38,592 nucleotides of DNA from an uncultured Clostridia bacterium (GTDB lineage: Bacteria > Bacillota > Clostridia > Christensenellales > UBA1242). The translations under genes and the position numbers were made by a program. Positions 35,296 through 38,592 of the stretch are shown one piece after another; the first letter of the stretch is position 1; the number at the start of each line of letters is the position of its first letter. Below the pieces are notes generated by a model that ran no database searches, was not told where the DNA came from, and saw only the letters and a list, made by a program, of their open reading frames with translations. The DNA lies in NCBI GenBank assembly GCA_944350225.1, contig CALVOH010000002.1, positions 1 through 38,592 of the forward strand, in the 5' to 3' direction.

Positions 35296-37077
35296 TTAAC
35301 TTTTTAGTAATGCTTTTTTACTGCTTGATGTTTCAGTTTTTCTTTTTTTATTTGTTTTAATTAAATTTGTCTTATGTGGTATTTCTTTGTTTGTATTAAT
35401 TAAATTGGAGTTTTTTACCTTTACATCTATTATTTTCCCGTCTTCTATACAATACATTATATCATAAATATCGTTATAGGAATTACTGTGTGTAAAAAGT
35501 ATGATAGTTTTGTTTGTTTCATTATTTTTTATAAGTTGTTTTATGTTATTTCTAAAATGTGCCGGAGCATCTTCTGGAATTTCATAGATCATCAAAACTT
35601 TACAGTCAGAAAGGGCAGCTCTTACAAGTCCTATTAAAAAATTGGTACTAGATGAAGTTATTTTAGATATGTCAGTGTCAAAACTTTCTGGTAAAGATTC
35701 AATGGTTTCGTAGACTCCCACCTTTTTACACATGTCCTTAATTTTTGCAAAACTACATTTTGTAACAAGTAAATTTTCTTTGATGGATCCCTTAATAAAA
35801 GTTGGATGTGATGAACAATAGTTGATATTTTTTTTAAAGTTGTTTTCTTGATAGTCAAACAGATTTAAATTGTCTAATAGAATTATTCCTTTGTCCGGTT
35901 TTATGTATCTTCGTAATAAATTAAATATAATTCTTTTTCCACTTCCTCTTTTACCTTTTATGACATTAATTTTATTCATCATAAAAGAAATGTCTGCATT
36001 AATTAAGTTACCATAAAACGCAGAAGTTTTGTCGTCGTTTCGGTAGTTTACTTCAATAAGCCCTAGATTATAACCTGGCGCGTCATTAATTTTACCATAT
36101 TGTATTAATTCTTTGTCTGTTAGATTAAGTATTAGGCTGACCCTTTCTACATCAACTTTCATCTTACCAAAGTTTTCAGCAGAATTATATACTTTGTTAA
36201 GTCGCGTTATGCTATTTGATAAATATGGGACAATCACCAAATATGCTTCCATTCCTAACGTTCCATTGCTAACAAAATATATCATCACAGCCGTTGCTAA
36301 ATATATCATTACATTCCAAATAGCGAAATAAACATACTCCCGATAAGAATAAAATTTATAATAGTCAGCATACGCTTTGGCATATTTTTCAACTGATTTA
36401 GTAATCTGCTCTTCATATGTTTCATTTGCTTTTAATTCAGTAATTATATCTCTTCCATCAATAATCTTATTGTAAGAAATTAAAACATTATCTTTTTCTT
36501 CATGCCTCATAGCAGTTGATTGTCTTAATTTTTTGTTTAAAAAATTTAATGCAAAAAAGTTTATTATACCTACTATAGTAACAATTAACCCTGCCCAAAC
36601 ATTTAACGAAATCATTATAAAAAACATTACAGCAAATTGAATTATATCAGAACAAAAAACAGCAATTGTGTCAGCAAATTCTCCAATATATTCCATATTA
36701 TTTACAGTTGTACTAATAATTTTTTCTTTAGAAAAAGATGTTGAACTTTTTCTTTCACATTTTAAAATCTTTTGATAAATCTTTTTTGCTACATTACATC
36801 TAACTATAACATGATTGTCTCCGTAAAATTTAAATTCAAGATGAAGGGCAACGTTTCTTAATAATATCAATAAAAATTCTATTGCTAGGTATATATATGC
36901 CATTTTCCAGTCACCTTCATATAAGCTGTTTATTGTGAAAGCTGCAAAATAAGAAGTTATAGTATAAAAGACAGCATAAAAACTATATGATAAAATTTGC
37001 ATAGCTAATACGGACTTACTTGGCTCTGCTAATTTATACCATCTTTTTATTATGTTTTCTTTTTTATTTTTTTTCAT
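35296..37077 (-). CDS. ABC exporter-fold protein (6-TM domain + NBD) with non-canonical NBD motifs, paralogue 1
   Basis: A 593-aa protein. Six hydrophobic helices in residues 1-310 are spaced as in type IV ABC exporters. The NBD-like half has GKRGSGKR (Walker A-like), NYCSSHP (Q-loop position), TSSSTNFLIGLVRAAL (signature position), VLMIYEIPEDAP (Walker B position) and LFTHS (H-loop). An AGGAAG RBS is present. It overlaps the upstream paralogue by 14 nt. Confidence 0.8.
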   Translation of the reverse strand: MKKNKKENIIKRWYKLAEPSKSVLAMQILSYSFYAVFYTITSYFAAFTINSLYEGDWKMAYIYLAIEFLLILLRNVALHLEFKFYGDNHVIVRCNVAKKIYQKILKCERKSSTSFSKEKIISTTVNNMEYIGEFADTIAVFCSDIIQFAVMFFIMISLNVWAGLIVTIVGIINFFALNFLNKKLRQSTAMRHEEKDNVLISYNKIIDGRDIITELKANETYEEQITKSVEKYAKAYADYYKFYSYREYVYFAIWNVMIYLATAVMIYFVSNGTLGMEAYLVIVPYLSNSITRLNKVYNSAENFGKMKVDVERVSLILNLTDKELIQYGKINDAPGYNLGLIEVNYRNDDKTSAFYGNLINADISFMMNKINVIKGKRGSGKRIIFNLLRRYIKPDKGIILLDNLNLFDYQENNFKKNINYCSSHPTFIKGSIKENLLVTKCSFAKIKDMCKKVGVYETIESLPESFDTDISKITSSSTNFLIGLVRAALSDCKVLMIYEIPEDAPAHFRNNIKQLIKNNETNKTIILFTHSNSYNDIYDIMYCIEDGKIIDVKVKNSNLINTNKEIPHKTNLIKTNKKRKTETSSSKKALLKS

Positions 37078-38592
37078 CTATCTTCCTTTTTTTTGCTTGT
37101 CCCAAATAAAATCTTTTTACTTTCCCTTTTGATATTTCGTATGTGATATCTGCAAGAGCATCATATTTATCACTATGAGTAAATACTATAACCGTCTTGT
37201 TAAATGAATAATTTTTTAATAATGATTTAATATTGTTTCTAAATTTATCTGGGGCATCTTCTGGTATTTCATAAATCATTAAAATTTTACAATTTGAAAG
37301 AACGGCTCTTGCAAGACCAATTAAAAAAAGAGTACCACTTCCATTAATCTGAGAAATGTTTGTATCAAAACCATTATCTAATCCAATTATTTTTTCATAT
37401 ATTCCAAGATCTTTACAGACTTGTTCGATTTTAACAAAATCTTTATTTGCAATTAGCAAATTTTCTTTTATTGTTCCATTGATAAAGGATGGATGCGATG
37501 AACAATAATTTATATGGGTTTTAAAAGTGTTTTCGTCATAATCAGACAAATTTAAATTGTCTAGCAGTATGACCCCTTTATCAGGTTTTATGTATCTTCT
37601 TAATAAATTAAAAATTTGTCTTTTCCCACTTCCCCTTTCACCTTTTATCAAATTAATTTTATTCATCATAAAGGAAATGTCAATATTCGAAATTTTGCCA
37701 TAAAATTTTGAAGCTTTGGTCTTATTTTCATAACTTACTTCTATTAGTCCCAAATTGTAACCGGGAGTATCACTTATGATTTTACCGTATTGTATAATTT
37801 CTTTTTCATTCATATTTAGCACTAAGTTAATTCTATTTACGTCTACTTTCATATTTTCAAGATATTTTGCTCGATCAAACAAATCCGTAAGTTTTTGAGT
37901 CCCAGATGATAAATAAGGAACAATTATCAAATAAACTTCTAATTCCAAATTTCCTTGACTAACAAAATAAATTAATAATGCTGCTGTTATATATACGATA
38001 AAGTTCCACACTACAAAATGCAGATTGGTTTTTTGAGATGAAACTAAATAATATTTTGTGTATGATTTCGCATGTTTTTTTACATTTTCTACAAGTTCTT
38101 TTTCATATTTCTTTGATGTTCTATATTCATTTATAACATTGCTACCATCTATAACTTTAGAATATGATTTAAATACATCATCTTTATATGAAAATCTTTC
38201 ATCCATGATGTTTCCTAATTTTTTATTATAAATTCGATAGCAAAAATAGTTAAATATACCTAATACAGTAACTATTAAGCCAGCCCATATATTTGCTAAA
38301 AAAATAACGACCAACGTAATTATGACTTGCATTGAATAGGAAATAATCGCAGCAACATTATCAGCAAACGTTGCAGAGTCTCCGGAATTATTAAAAGATA
38401 TATTTGCTACTTTCTCTTTTGAAATATTATTTTCTTTTGAAAAATCACATTTTAATATTTTATTAAATATTTTTTTTGCTATAACTTTACGAATGTGAAT
38501 ATGTTGCTTCCCAAAATATATATATTGAAAATGATAGGCGACTGACCTAATTACTATTGTTAAAAGTTCCAAGAATAGATAAAAAAATGCCC
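37064..38592 (-). CDS. ABC exporter-fold protein with non-canonical NBD motifs, paralogue 2 (5' end beyond the right edge of the window)
   Basis: The reading frame stays open upstream of the track's TTG at 38572 (...AFFYLF-LELLTIV...) and aligns with residues from about 60 onward of paralogue 1, so the N-terminus is off-window. The NBD motifs are GERGSGKR, NYCSSHP, NGSGTLFLIGLARAVL, ILMIYEIPEDAP and VFTHS. Confidence 0.8.
   Translation of the reverse strand, partial: AFFYLFLELLTIVIRSVAYHFQYIYFGKQHIHIRKVIAKKIFNKILKCDFSKENNISKEKVANISFNNSGDSATFADNVAAIISYSMQVIITLVVIFLANIWAGLIVTVLGIFNYFCYRIYNKKLGNIMDERFSYKDDVFKSYSKVIDGSNVINEYRTSKKYEKELVENVKKHAKSYTKYYLVSSQKTNLHFVVWNFIVYITAALLIYFVSQGNLELEVYLIIVPYLSSGTQKLTDLFDRAKYLENMKVDVNRINLVLNMNEKEIIQYGKIISDTPGYNLGLIEVSYENKTKASKFYGKISNIDISFMMNKINLIKGERGSGKRQIFNLLRRYIKPDKGVILLDNLNLSDYDENTFKTHINYCSSHPSFINGTIKENLLIANKDFVKIEQVCKDLGIYEKIIGLDNGFDTNISQINGSGTLFLIGLARAVLSNCKILMIYEIPEDAPDKFRNNIKSLLKNYSFNKTVIVFTHSDKYDALADITYEISKGKVKRFYLGQAKKRKIDEKK

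Noticed and set aside
38570-38572. TTG at 38572 as the start of the second ABC-like gene
   Set aside because: The frame remains open to the window edge. The upstream codons (AFFYLF) continue the alignment with TM2 of paralogue 1, so the gene is 5'-truncated by the window.

Overview
This 38.6 kb window is low-GC (roughly 30%) and gene-dense. Every gene I can support lies on the minus strand. The content is almost entirely core housekeeping genes in the order typical of spore-forming Firmicutes.

Genes in plus-coordinate order, left to right:
- ruvA (partial), ruvC, yebC, and a TrmH-family methyltransferase
- rplT, rpmI and infC, with an L20-leader-type attenuator and an ATT start on infC
- a small membrane protein
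- proS, xseB, xseA, nusB and an Asp23-family gene
- the complete spoIIIAH to spoIIIAA operon
- efp and an Nfo-like TIM-barrel gene
- truB, nrnA, rbfA, infB, ylxQ, ylxR, nusA and rimP
- a 511-aa PolC-like protein
- rseP, cdsA, uppS, frr, tsf and rpsB
- secF, secD, a small membrane protein and yajC
- thrS with a Thr (ACC) T-box leader
- ytxC
- two tandem ABC-exporter-like genes, the second truncated by the right edge

I found no tRNA or rRNA genes, CRISPR arrays, transposases, integrases or recognisable defence or toxin modules. Several sigma-A-like promoters and intrinsic terminators can be read in the short intergenic gaps.

Most of the window is ordinary. Five things deserve a second look:
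1. The tandem ABC-exporter-fold paralogues, where both nucleotide-binding domains share the same conserved non-canonical Walker A, Q-loop, signature and Walker B motifs.
2. A stand-alone PolC N-terminal + OB + DEDDh exonuclease protein at the position where full-length polC normally sits.
3. A 30-nt palindromic core present twice at 29/30 identity, inside the terminators after proS and efp.
4. Isoprenoid (MEP) genes and pyrH missing from their usual slots in the conserved clusters.
5. Lys/Glu-rich tails on S2 and YajC.

All functional calls come from reading the translated ORFs and recognising motifs and synteny by eye. No database search was run.
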